36,946 bases of DNA, taken from NCBI GenBank assembly GCA_000934665.2, contig KZ539002.1, positions 1-36,946 of the forward strand. The letters run 5' to 3'. Below are positions 11,069-22,020 of this stretch, piece by piece (within the stretch, counting starts at the first letter, position 1; every line of letters starts with the position of its first letter). The notes beneath the pieces were generated by a model. The model did not search any database, was not told the DNA's origin, and saw only the letters and a program-made list of their open reading frames with translations. The position numbers and the translations under genes are program-made. This stretch comes from Catajapyx aquilonaris. Lineage: Eukaryota.

Positions 11069-11357
11069 ATGAGGAGCGCGTTGGTGGTGCTGGCGGCATT
11101 GTCGCTGGGCCTCGTGACACCTCCATGTCACGCCCAGCATCGGTCGGAGCCCACGGCGGCGGGCAAGGAGAAAATCAACGTCGGACTCATACTGCCCCAT
11201 ACTACCTTCCGATTGAGGGACTACACCAAAGCCATCTCGCAGGCCATCAGCAACTTGCAGAAGGGACGGATGCGGAGCCACGAGTTTCTCAAGCGGTACA
11301 GGTTCTCCTCCAACGAGGTGCACATGGTACTGCTGACGGTCAATCCCAGCCCTACAG
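11069..11357 (+). CDS. Nmdar2: First coding exon of NMDA-type ionotropic glutamate receptor subunit 2 (GluN2/Nmdar2-like): signal peptide and start of the amino-terminal domain
   Basis: Translation MRSALVVLAALSLGLVTPPCHAQ... (hydrophobic signal peptide) then KINVGLILPHTTFRLRDYTKAISQAISNLQKGRMRSHEFLKRYRFSSNEVHMVLLTVNPSPT. This closely resembles the arthropod NR2 N-terminus as I recall it (LNIGLIxPHTNF..REY..AI..A...L......FLK.Y.F....H..M..L.PSPT). Similarity stops exactly at CAG|GTGGGT (GT at 11358-11359), a phase-1 donor. The region is GC3-rich compared with its flanks, and there is an in-frame upstream stop at 11051-11053. Confidence 0.9.
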
Positions 11358-14300
11358 GTGGGTGCGGGGAGTTTTCAGGGGACGGGTGGGAACAGGGAGA
11401 TGCAATGCGGTGCACGGGTGCCAGCAGGTGAATCGACGATCCGGTTAGGGAGGAGATGAATGGAGAATGTGGAATGGAGGTAAATGGCCAAAAATTGGGT
11501 TCGAGGGGAAGATTGCTATGTGAAGGCCAAATTCCAACAGGAAAGTTGGGCATGAAACGGGCTGTAACTTGATTTAACTGCCATTGAAATGTCGATTGTT
11601 TCATTGACCGAAAGTGACTGGGGTTCATTCACGGAGTGGATGGACCGTAATTGTTAATGGCAAGTTAAGTTTCACACTGTATATAACTAATACAATGGAG
11701 TTTCATATTCCTGCGGGCCAAAATGATGACATGGCATGCAGAACAACAGTCGAAATATGAATGCATAAAGATTGTTTTCCCCCATATGTTGTAGACAACA
11801 GTGTAATATCTACAGAAAACTGAACTGACCATCAGAAAGTGCGAATGAAACACTGTATTACACAATGCGTCATTTTGATCAAATTGTTGCTCTGATTGTT
11901 CTACGTGACAGGGGATTTTGGTGTAAATAAAGAGGCCTCTTTGACGTTATATATAGCATGCAAAATGGTGTTTGACCAATGGAATCTTAGGTGGACGATA
12001 AAAGAAAGTAATTGACTCTGGGCTTTTGAACTCACGGGGCAGACACCTCCTGCCACACACCCCGACGAAATCCGAGCCATGCGGATTGGCAGAAGCATAT
12101 ATAACTGGCTACCCGTGATTTCTGAAACTGCATGATGGCCAGATGATCAATCGTTCCCTTGAGCAGGTTCCAAAGCTTTTCTCGACCATCCAGATCGGAT
12201 CGCCGCAAAAGCGCTGCATCCGGTCGTAAACTGCTCCCGGAGAAAGAGCATCACCCTTCCAATCGCACCAATCCCAGATTTTCATATATTCCAGCAGGTC
12301 ATAGAACCCAGCATTTTCTGGAGCGGAAAACTTGGTCACACTCCATTGCTCAATGTCCGTTCTGTGGCAATGGCGCCAACATGTAGCCTGTGGATTTTAT
12401 CATCAGAAGAAGAGACACATTATAGTGCTAGAACACGGCTTTTACCCCACTCCTTTTCTCCAACAAAGCAAAAGTACCCTCTGCTTTGACATACCCAAAT
12501 AGGCTAATAAATAGCCCTGAATTTATGCATATAGGGCGACGACCTCTCTTGATTTGTTCGGAAGTGTTATAAAAAAAGGCCTGTCAGTTTATGAGCCAAT
12601 AGCTTCTCTGTAGCATTTTACGGGGAACTATATCCAGCGTCACGTTACAGTGTTGTGTTTTTCCCCTCCATCTGCCCACTGCAGAGGTTTTCAAGTTGAA
12701 TGCTCTGTGGGAAGTAAGGGAGACACTGTCCTGTACCATAATATACATGCATTATGGTCGGTTGTTCATACTGGTAAATATTTGGGAAACCGTCCGTTGC
12801 GATTTAGCCCGTGATATTTTCCCACTAGCAAATAGTTTACTGACGGGCAAAAATTGCGGCTAAAATTCCCTCACGTTTATGTAGATAATTTATTCGTTTT
12901 ATGAAACAGGGGCTCGGAGGCAGCAGCGATGAATTATTTTAAATATTATGCTTAGTTTTGATTTTCGATGCTGTTTTCATATCCCGTCATGCCCACTAGG
13001 TTCTTTTGGGAGATTTTTTATAGCATGATAGACACAGACGAAGGATAAAAGACATGCCTCTCCTGCTGGCAAATATCAGGACTCAATACAAAATGTCAAT
13101 TTTCGCAGTAGGAAAACAGTAAAGAAATATCTCATACATTTCACGTTATGAAAATTCTGGTTATTGACAATGCACAGAACGATCGATTTTAATTTTTCTG
13201 TGCGCTAGAAAGGGTAATAATTTATTGCATAAGGTCATAATATGCATGGCACTTATTTTACAGTTTCCAGCAAAAGTGTCTTTCCAAATCTGAACAATTT
13301 TTTCCTCGCATACACGTTTGCACTACAAACACTTCTCCTGTCTCTTGTGTGAACCTTTATGCTTTACAGATGTGTATCTGTTCTGCATGCGACCCTATTT
13401 CCGGGATATAAACTAATGCAAATGAAAAAGTAACTTTCCTTTCTGAAAGATAATGGAAACTATACTTGAAACTGAACGCCGCCAAACATACCACGTATAC
13501 TGTACTTTATAATTTATCGTCCCTAGACACATGGGTTGCTATCTTCGCAGTCTCAAGTCGCTTCATTTAAAAAATAGCTAATATATTGTGTGGTTGAACC
13601 TTTTTTGAGTGTTTATAGAGGAAACGTGACTTGTATTTGATTGTTTACTAACCTTATATCAAAGGAGTAGTGATTTAAAAATAAAATTGAATGAGGAGCA
13701 CTAAAGATATGCCCAATATATTAATTTTTAACTTGATTTTAAGTGGAAATTAATTTAAATCAAGAGAAAATAACATTGACATTTTAATTAAAATGTATAC
13801 TTGGTACAGTACTAGCCTATTACTGCCGTATTATCGTTATACGCTTCTGTATGCTTTGAGGTTCTAAAAATGAAACTTGTGCTATCGAATTCTGGGCACG
13901 AGCTTTTTAAAACAAACCGCCTTTCAGAAATCTGTAAAGTAGTTTTAAACAGAAAATATTTTAACAGACTTTCGGACAGTGTTTTATGAGCGGCTTATCT
14001 AATACACCCGCTATTGAGCCAGCATTAGATCCATAAACAGTGAACCTGAATTTTTAAACGCTGTCATTAATTTTTTAATGTTGAAAGACATGCACCAAAT
14101 ATTCATGGCTTAAAAATGAGGAAAAAGCTAATGCGACTGTTCTTAATCTTGATTCGTAAAGCATGTTACATGTGAGGCCTATGACATTTGGATTCGACAA
14201 AGGTGAAAAGTATGATTATGCACGAACACAGTATGACAGTGGTGGAATTCCATCCAATTTACTAATGGTGATGTATACAGGTCTCACGGAAATTTTCAGC

Positions 14301-15117
14301 ATGCCTATTCATTTGACGGAAGGGATGAGGTGAGCATAATAATTACCCATACTTTTGTAATAGCTGACGATGTAAAATCGTCGTTATCAGCAGCAGTTAT
14401 ATGGATAGTAATCTCAATAATGCATATTGTTTGAATTGCCTCGTGTCCATCACTTAGAGTGAAGCCAGGCGCATTTGCAGTTTCATTTTAAAATTCCATT
14501 GTGAATGACCGTAATTATTAAAAAGGGCAAAAAGCATGGGGTGGTGTTTGTGCAGTACGGTATTTCCCGCAGTTGAGAAGTTATAACCTAAAGCGTCCTC
14601 TTGCGAATAATAGGCGAATTTAATTATAAGTGAAAGTAGCATGCAGCATGGCTTTGGTCGCATTATTGGCAGTTTTTATTAATTTTATGTCCCTGAAATA
14701 AATGAAGACCTGAAATCTACCTAACGATCACATGAATTCGAGATGAGAGTATAAAATATGATTCGCATTATCTCTGATGAGATCTTCTATCTTCAAACAT
14801 GTTTCTATGTGACCGTAATTGCTATTTCCTACCACTGACTCCTCTATCCGACACGTCAAAGACTTTATTATGCAATTCCTAAGTTAATTTGGGCGGATAT
14901 GTGACTCTGATGGTCCTACGACTCAAGACTTCCAAGAATGGTTAAATCGCGACATAGGTTTTCTCCCAAATACAGGGGATAGTTATTTGTATGTGACTTT
15001 ATTTTTATATGGCTTTATTTTTCATAACATTATAGTTATTTTAAAAGTGACACGATATGTCAGAATAGCGGTATAACACCCATGTGAACACCTGTAGAGG
15101 TGGACTAACCATTATAA

Positions 15118-15200
15118 AGGTTTTCATCTGAGAAAATTCATATCCCGAACCTGGGATCTAACTCAAGACTTCAGATATGTAGGGGGTATACCCACCTCTA
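15118..15200 (-). mobile_element. Possible very degenerate tRNA-derived SINE fragment
   Basis: The minus strand has ...GTCTTGAGTTAGATCCCAGG (B-box-like) followed by ATGAATTTTCTCAGATGAAAACC, loosely resembling the 7748-7840 fragment. Confidence 0.25.
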
Positions 15201-15989
15201 ATAATATAATTAGTTATGATAATTTATATAGAACATAATTATAGGGGATTAAATGAATACAGTACAAATTAATTTTTAATTGATGAAAAGTTCTACAATA
15301 ATTAAAACATATTTTATCCAAATATATACCGGAAATTAAAATGTAAAAATTGCTACCAAACAACCTCTTAGTGTACGGGGTCACTGTGGCAAAATTTGCT
15401 TGTGTAAATAATATTGCAAAGTTCAGCATTATACTAGAGGCACTTATGGTACATTATTTTTAGTTACACCATTAGAAAGGGAGCATAGGACGTTGTTATT
15501 TTATCCCTTGTTTGCGAATAAATTATCTGCTGGTCATTAGCCACGTTGGCTTTTCTTATACATGCTTTGGCAGCTGTATACTGGCCGTGTACATTCATAA
15601 TGTAATTATCTTGTCGTTACTGTGTTTTACGATGTAGGCACATTTAAAAATCTGTTCATCACGAGCGTGTGGTCAGAAATTGAATTTGCTTTAAATTACA
15701 CCCTTGCAGCCATGAATTGTGGCTAATTCTGTGTCAAAACAACGTCCAGTAAACCGCAAATTACATAGGCGTAAGTCATCAATTCAAATTAATACTCTAT
15801 GTCAACAATGGATTTGGACTCAGTTTCTGCTTTGCATACTCGAACGGATTCCACGGCCCAGTTGCATAGCACAACGTGCTAATATCAATACCAATTATGA
15901 ATCGCACGCAAGAAGCGTTCGCCATTTTACGAATATCTCACTTGAAAATGACGCTGGAATTTTTGTGAATTCCCTGTGTGTACTTTAGG

Positions 15990-15991
<2 letters not shown>

Positions 15992-16040
<49 letters not shown>
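15992..16040. repeat. (GA)24 microsatellite
   Basis: Perfect dinucleotide run. Confidence 0.98.
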
Positions 16041-16042
<2 letters not shown>

Positions 16043-17841
16043 GAACGAGCGGATAAAAATAACAAATCTGCTTTGAAATTTGAAACGGACAGCAGTTTTA
16101 GCCAACTGCAACCCCGCGGATGTTGTTAGTGAAAGCCAATTGACGAACCCGGAGGGGGGGAGGGGGATGCCAAAGTCCATATTTTATTTCCACTGCCACA
16201 ATATATCCTGTCCCCAACTTTTTCACATTTTTGTTACTCATGCAACTACCAAATTGTCGCCTCCCGTGGTATTAGAGTTTGGAGAGCTTGTCTACACCTG
16301 TCAGTTACTTCCAAACTCATAATTATTGCATGTTCATGTTTGTTGTTTTCTGCTGCAATTCCAACCAACTGCAGAACTCTTACAACCAGCAGTGATGTTA
16401 TATTATTATTAAAGTATTGCGAATATTCTCCACAGACTGTAGTACGCACTGGGTGTTTAGTAATAACACCAACATAATATTATCCTAGAGTGAACTCCTG
16501 GTCACCAATAAATCACTTTCTAGGGAGGGACGTATACCTGCCAGGATATTATTTTATACCTCGTGGTTACAGCCCATTATTATGGGTAACATAATTCATA
16601 TTGAGAGACGTATTAGTGTTCACTGTTCATCTTTCATGTCATAATTTTAATCGATATTAGTGGAATTGAAGTTAAAAGCACCTTGGGACTACACCACAAT
16701 AACACCACTTAGCGACGCCCTCCTGATAGTCAGTCCGGCCATTAATATGGGGTGAAAATGTCATTAAAATATCACCTAAGCCAATTTGCACATGCAGTAG
16801 CAGTGCAAAGAGTTAGCCGATACAGTATACGTCGCATAATTTTAGCTGCCTGGAAAATTTGATATCTCACATTTACAGCCTCTATACATTAAACACTCTA
16901 CATGTGCTATTTTCGACAACCAATATTGCAGCTACTCTCAAGTAAGATATACTGGAACTACTCATAATTTTATCTCTATGACTGAGACTATTGTATCACA
17001 ATTTGTGCCTCACCCTATACATTCCCATGTGCTAAATAAAATAATAGATTGCAAGTGACAATGCAGCATATGAAGCCGATGGGGTTGACCGCATGTAATG
17101 TCGAAGGTTAAACGGTCCGTGTGCATTTGGAAATATGCCCAACCTGTATATGCATCCGGATAAACGCAACCTGTAGCGATATCGCGAATCCCTGAGATAA
17201 AGTGAGCCGGAGGCAATTAGCGACAAATCTATGTGGTGCACTTCCTGGAATTTGAATAACACCCTGAAGCCATTTGGCCTAATCTGTCACCAACGGAAGA
17301 ATAATGCATGTAACTATGAATATGCCTGTAGTCTAGACCCTCGATGATTTGTTCGGAATCCGATAATGAGACGTGCCTGCCGGTGTTTCCCGTTTTTTTT
17401 AGCCTGTGTCTCTGCACCAAAGCTTTCATAATAAACCTACAAACATTACTCATTTGAATGCCAGCTCGTTCATTGAGCGGAACGAACCCGAACAAAAGGA
17501 CCCAATTTTCGCTATAATCTCTAGATAACGAGAGTTATGACCGGTATTCCGATCAGGCGAATCAGTTAGCTAAAACTGGCCATGGTGGACGTTACACGGG
17601 TCGGTTGTTGTCTCAGTGTCCCATATTATACCCTGTCCCTCATCGTTTGCACTCCATGTCCAATAGTGCCTAAAGGTCTTCTCGTAGACCCTATCATTTA
17701 TTATCGACGCTCCTTATGGGATGCATTTAATAATGCTGGGACCTGCGGGGGTTTATTGGGGTCTTGTTAGTGGGTCGATATCTTATAGTCCACAAGAATT
17801 ACAGACATAGGACACAGGCCACGGAAAGGCAGAGCGTTCGT

Positions 17842-17867
17842 TAGTCAGTACATGGATGTACTGACTA
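17842..17867. repeat. Perfect 12-bp inverted repeat with a 2-nt spacer
   Basis: TAGTCAGTACAT-GG-ATGTACTGACTA. Confidence 0.9.
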
Positions 17868-20293
17868 GAGCTTCACATTTTATTCTATCGCCTAGTGTGG
17901 CCTTAGCGACCAATAACAGTGGCTTTTATTTCAGCAGATGGTTACACTGCGACATGAGTTGGAGAAAATCAGCCATGAAACATTCACAACTAAAAGGCTG
18001 ATGGAAACGGTGCAAAGTTCGGATCCCATTTGATAGTCAATTGAAGTATGGGAGGATGTAGCATATAAAAAAGGAAGGCGTGACGGTTGGGTGGGAAGAA
18101 CGGAAATGCATTTTCTCGTCGGAGAATCTAATACACATCCTTTTTGGAGTAGTCGTTACGAATTCCATCAATTCTGATCGCTCTGCTCATCGATGCGAGC
18201 TCCTTGCATCTGATGTCGCTAGGTAATAAAAAAAAGGTGAAAAAGAGGGTGTGGCAGGTGCAGATTGAAATGGCGTCATTTTTCAGATTTTTAACATCAT
18301 GGAATTTATTTTTCTTGCGTGATTCTGTCGAAGGATGAAATAATGGTTGTATTAATATGGACGTTTTTTTGGTCTCTTTCATCTGGCGTTCTGTCAGTAC
18401 TTCGCATAGGGCAGATATGCAAAAAGGGATTCCAAATGAGGGGGTATTTCACAGCAATTATTGGAGAAAAGGTCACACCGGGCTTGTTTTAATGCGTTGG
18501 GCAGACGTAAACAATGCATGAGCGAAACAGCATGCCTCTATTAGCATTTCAATCAATTACTGCATGTCCTATTTTTAGTCTGGGGGATATCGCAAATGAC
18601 AATAATCACATTATATATTTTTTGAGGATTAGGCCTGTGCTTTGGATGCATTAGTTCTGTAGTGGTGTGTACAGTTGACAAAATGCTGTCGGTTTTTGAT
18701 ATGTAACATATTTTTTTAGTAATGAACTTTGCAATTTTCCTATGACAATTCCAATGAAGGTAAATGGCGCATTTTCTTTTCTTGAAATTGGCATGTTTAG
18801 TACCCAAAATTGTCATGAAAACAATGCATATCACCTGTGACAGCAATGAACCTGTAGGTAGGATGGAGAATGTTTCTGCTTCCCTATGAAAATATTTTTC
18901 AATATCGATTATAGGTAATGCAATATCTTTTTGAAAGTGTTCTCAATGAAACAAAATACACTGCCTCAATATTACGGCGAATAATGCAGTGTTTTCTACC
19001 TGTTACATTTTTAAAAGCAATACGTCCTTATTGACAAATAATGGATTTACGTGATGTTCATGGAAGAAAATATTGATCGCTCGGAAATAAATCGAACAAC
19101 TTGGACATCTCGAATGTAAGGGTAGCATTCTTCTCTTTAGGATAGCGCAAGTCAGAAGATATAGCCTAATAACACCTTAAAGGTCGACATTCATGCTATT
19201 TATTGTGACGGGTATAGAGTTCAAATGGCTTTTAGCACTTCCACAATGACTTCCTAATGATTCTAGATTGCGTTAAAGTTGATCAATGTATGAAATAGTG
19301 ATATTTATCAATGGTTATACTGTACATTGTGGGAGGGGCATTGAAGCGGTAACGCTGTGTAAGTGAAAATAATAACTAACAGAAGGCTGACATCGAACTT
19401 ACAGGCAAAGATTGTATCGGCTGTTTGGTAATAATCTTTATAAACTGATGTATGATAAAAATTTGGCAATTTTCCTGTTGGGAGAAGTAGTAGCCTACTG
19501 CAAGCTCTCATGAAACTCATAATGCAAAAATTATTCTCATATCAAAAACTGACAGGAAGTGAGATTATTCATGTGATGGACGTAACAGGAGACTGACAGA
19601 TGTTGCACCATGTGATTTGAGAACCCTTTTGGTCATTAATTTCTCAGTTTTAATTTACAATGAACAAAGCTATAGCATAGGGCCTACTATAATTTTGACT
19701 TCTGAAGCAATGGTCCAATTGATGTGTCGTAGTACAATACAACAATGCTATTGAAAATTACAGTACTTCACTTCATTTTTGAGGCTTTCATGTTCAGTTA
19801 CAAATTGCGTGGGTTCTATTCTTTGTGAAAATTATTATGGAATTGAAACTCTATAGGTTGAATGACGTTAAGTCAATAAAATCTTCGGTCGCAATTTTTA
19901 TGCGGGCCCATGGTTATTGCTCACTGTACTGCACGGTATGATTATGCTAATGCACCAAATTATTAATAGAAGCGAAATGAAAAAAGTGAGCAATTTCAAA
20001 TGCAGTATATGTGCTAGTTTGCGAATGGCATATAAAATGAGCCCTCATTCTATGACCTCACTACGAATTTCAGTTAAACTGATTAGTCAAAATGTATGCA
20101 AGGAGACTTGCTTCCAACCACGTTGTGGCATATTGAACTTCAGGCTCTCCCTTTCATCACGTTTCATAATTATGGCACTTATTGGGCACTTACAACATAC
20201 AAATTATTATGTAATCATAAAAGGAATCATAGGAAGGTGGATAATAATTTCTTATGGTTGACTCGAATCTGCACCATAGTTTCTTAGTTCGTA

Positions 20294-20925
20294 CAGGGTG
20301 ATCAGTAAATCACGAGATCGATTCAGTTAGCGCAAACCCTTGGTCTGTTCTAAGAGAAATTCACCGTGAATTTCTCTTAGAACAGACCAAGGTTTGCGCT
20401 AACTGAATAGATCTGATTAAAATTAATTACTGCGTATGGCGGCAAGTTAGTTTTGAATTTGTTATCATTTATGGTATAGAAATTATTGCTTACTCTCAAA
20501 AGTAAATAGGGTACCGTTTAGCGGTACAATATATTATTTACAGACAATGGGTCTAATTTTCGTCCGACTGCTAGTTACTGCTAACTTAGCAGGACCAATG
20601 CCAATACTGGTACTGTAAAGTTAGAAGTAACTATACGTAGTAGTGGAACGAAAATTCCACCCAATGCAATGTCTTCCAAAACATTAACATAGCGATAACT
20701 GATATGACAGCGCTTAACGTGAACAAAATATGCCGGTGGAATACGGTAATATTTCTATTTGTGGCCATATTTTTATACTACATATTCCTACACGAAGGAT
20801 GATATTTCTATTCAGTCAATGGTAACAAATTCAGAACTTAATTACTTCATGCAATAAATTAAGGCTGAATTCCAAAATGACATAATAGCATTTTTGTCTT
20901 AAAACCCAGGTTACTTGTCACCCTG
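20294..20925. mobile_element. Possible old mariner-type MITE enclosing the palindrome
   Basis: TA|CAGGGTGATCAGTAA at left versus TTACTTGTCACCCTG|CA at right (13/15 inverted match). The right TA is not intact. Confidence 0.4.
20315..20414. repeat. Near-perfect 100-bp palindrome
   Basis: AGATCGATTCAGTTAGCGCAAACCCTTGGTCTGTTCTAAGAGAAATTCAC-C-GTGAATTTCTCTTAGAACAGACCAAGGTTTGCGCTAACTGAATAGATCT: ~50-bp arms, one mismatch, one 1-nt indel and a 1-nt centre. Confidence 0.95.
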
Positions 20926-21894
20926 CATATGAGGAGCTCGTTTGCAAAAGTGCCTAAGTCCATTTTCTTCCTTTTTCAAGAGAGGGCAAGAAAGCATTGC
21001 ATCCATACTAGCTAGAATTAGTCACTTCTTTATTACTTCGGTAATTTATAATTATGATCCGTGCCCTTCCACTAGCAATAGTGCAGGAAATCTAGTCACA
21101 TCAGTTTTAGAGATAATGACAATAAACCATTTGGACTTAGACAGTTGTGCAAAATATTGCCTTATATACAGTATGTCCTATACAACAAACACGAGCCTTG
21201 GTCTTGATTTTGGAAGGGTGAAGCTTTTCGTGCATAATATGTAGTCAACATTTCAGTTATTTTTATGCAGTAATATTGGTATTTGGTGAAGTGCACCTAT
21301 TATTAGTAAAAGCTTGCAAATATACCGGTATCGTCTCCTTCATACTTCTTGCAAAGGTAAAAAAAGTTTTCCATAAAAAATTCTTACAGTCAGTATGTAT
21401 ATTCTTCTCTGTACTATACAAGGCTTAAGCAGGTAATAGTATTAGTATAACTATTCTATATCCCATGACCACTTTAGCATCAGTTATGTGCAAATTGCGT
21501 CCGTTTTATGCATGTAGGCCTGCTATGTCATATGAACCATATTATGCCGTTATGGAAAGGAACGCAATAATCAATATATCACTAATGAATAAAAGTCCTT
21601 AACTAGGTAGGCTATATAATTTTATACTGGAGAATGCTGTCATCTGATTTCGTGTACAGTACACGATGGGCGAGAGATACTAACTTGTAGTCTCATATAG
21701 GCAAGAACATGTACAGTACAGCACATCATGTATAAAATAATGTCTTTTATGGTTTGAAACATTACTTGTAAATTACCAGTGAGTAAAGTTGTCTACTATG
21801 GGTATGAATTATAGCATGATAATATTCGCAATGATTATTTTAATGGTCCTCTCCGATAATATTGAAGCGTAACTATGATGTAGTTATGAAACAG

Positions 21895-22020
21895 ATTATT
21901 CTATTGGTTAAGCCAGTGACGAAGTAAGCAGAGGCTTGGGGTTCCATTCCTGGCAGGGTAGTATTCTATTTCTGATCGATTTATCCATGAAGGCTCGGAG
22001 CTTCCTTCTCTCCTGTCTAT
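21895..22020 (+). mobile_element. Degenerate tRNA-derived SINE head
   Basis: TATTCTATTGGTTAAG (A-box-like) and GGTTCCATTCC (B-box-like, 21940-21950) at tRNA-like spacing. Confidence 0.35.

Noticed and set aside
11425..11433. Alternative donor CAG|GTGAAT at 11428
   Set aside because: It would be phase 2, incompatible with the phase-1 donor at 11358, and the added residues have no NR2 similarity.
11039..11628. Overlapping ORFs 11039-11323 (-), 11125-11448 (+) and 11221-11628 (-)
   Set aside because: Shadow frames of the GC-rich Nmdar2 exon.
14770..14810. CTGATGAG...CAAACATGT, resembling a minimal Penelope-type hammerhead
   Set aside because: The conserved GAAA is absent and there is no stem I complement.
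21895..21960. Functional tRNA genes at the tRNA-like segments (also 7748-7840, 30783-30850, 34230-34283)
   Set aside because: None folds into a complete cloverleaf and the boxes are mutated, so they are treated as SINE-derived at best.
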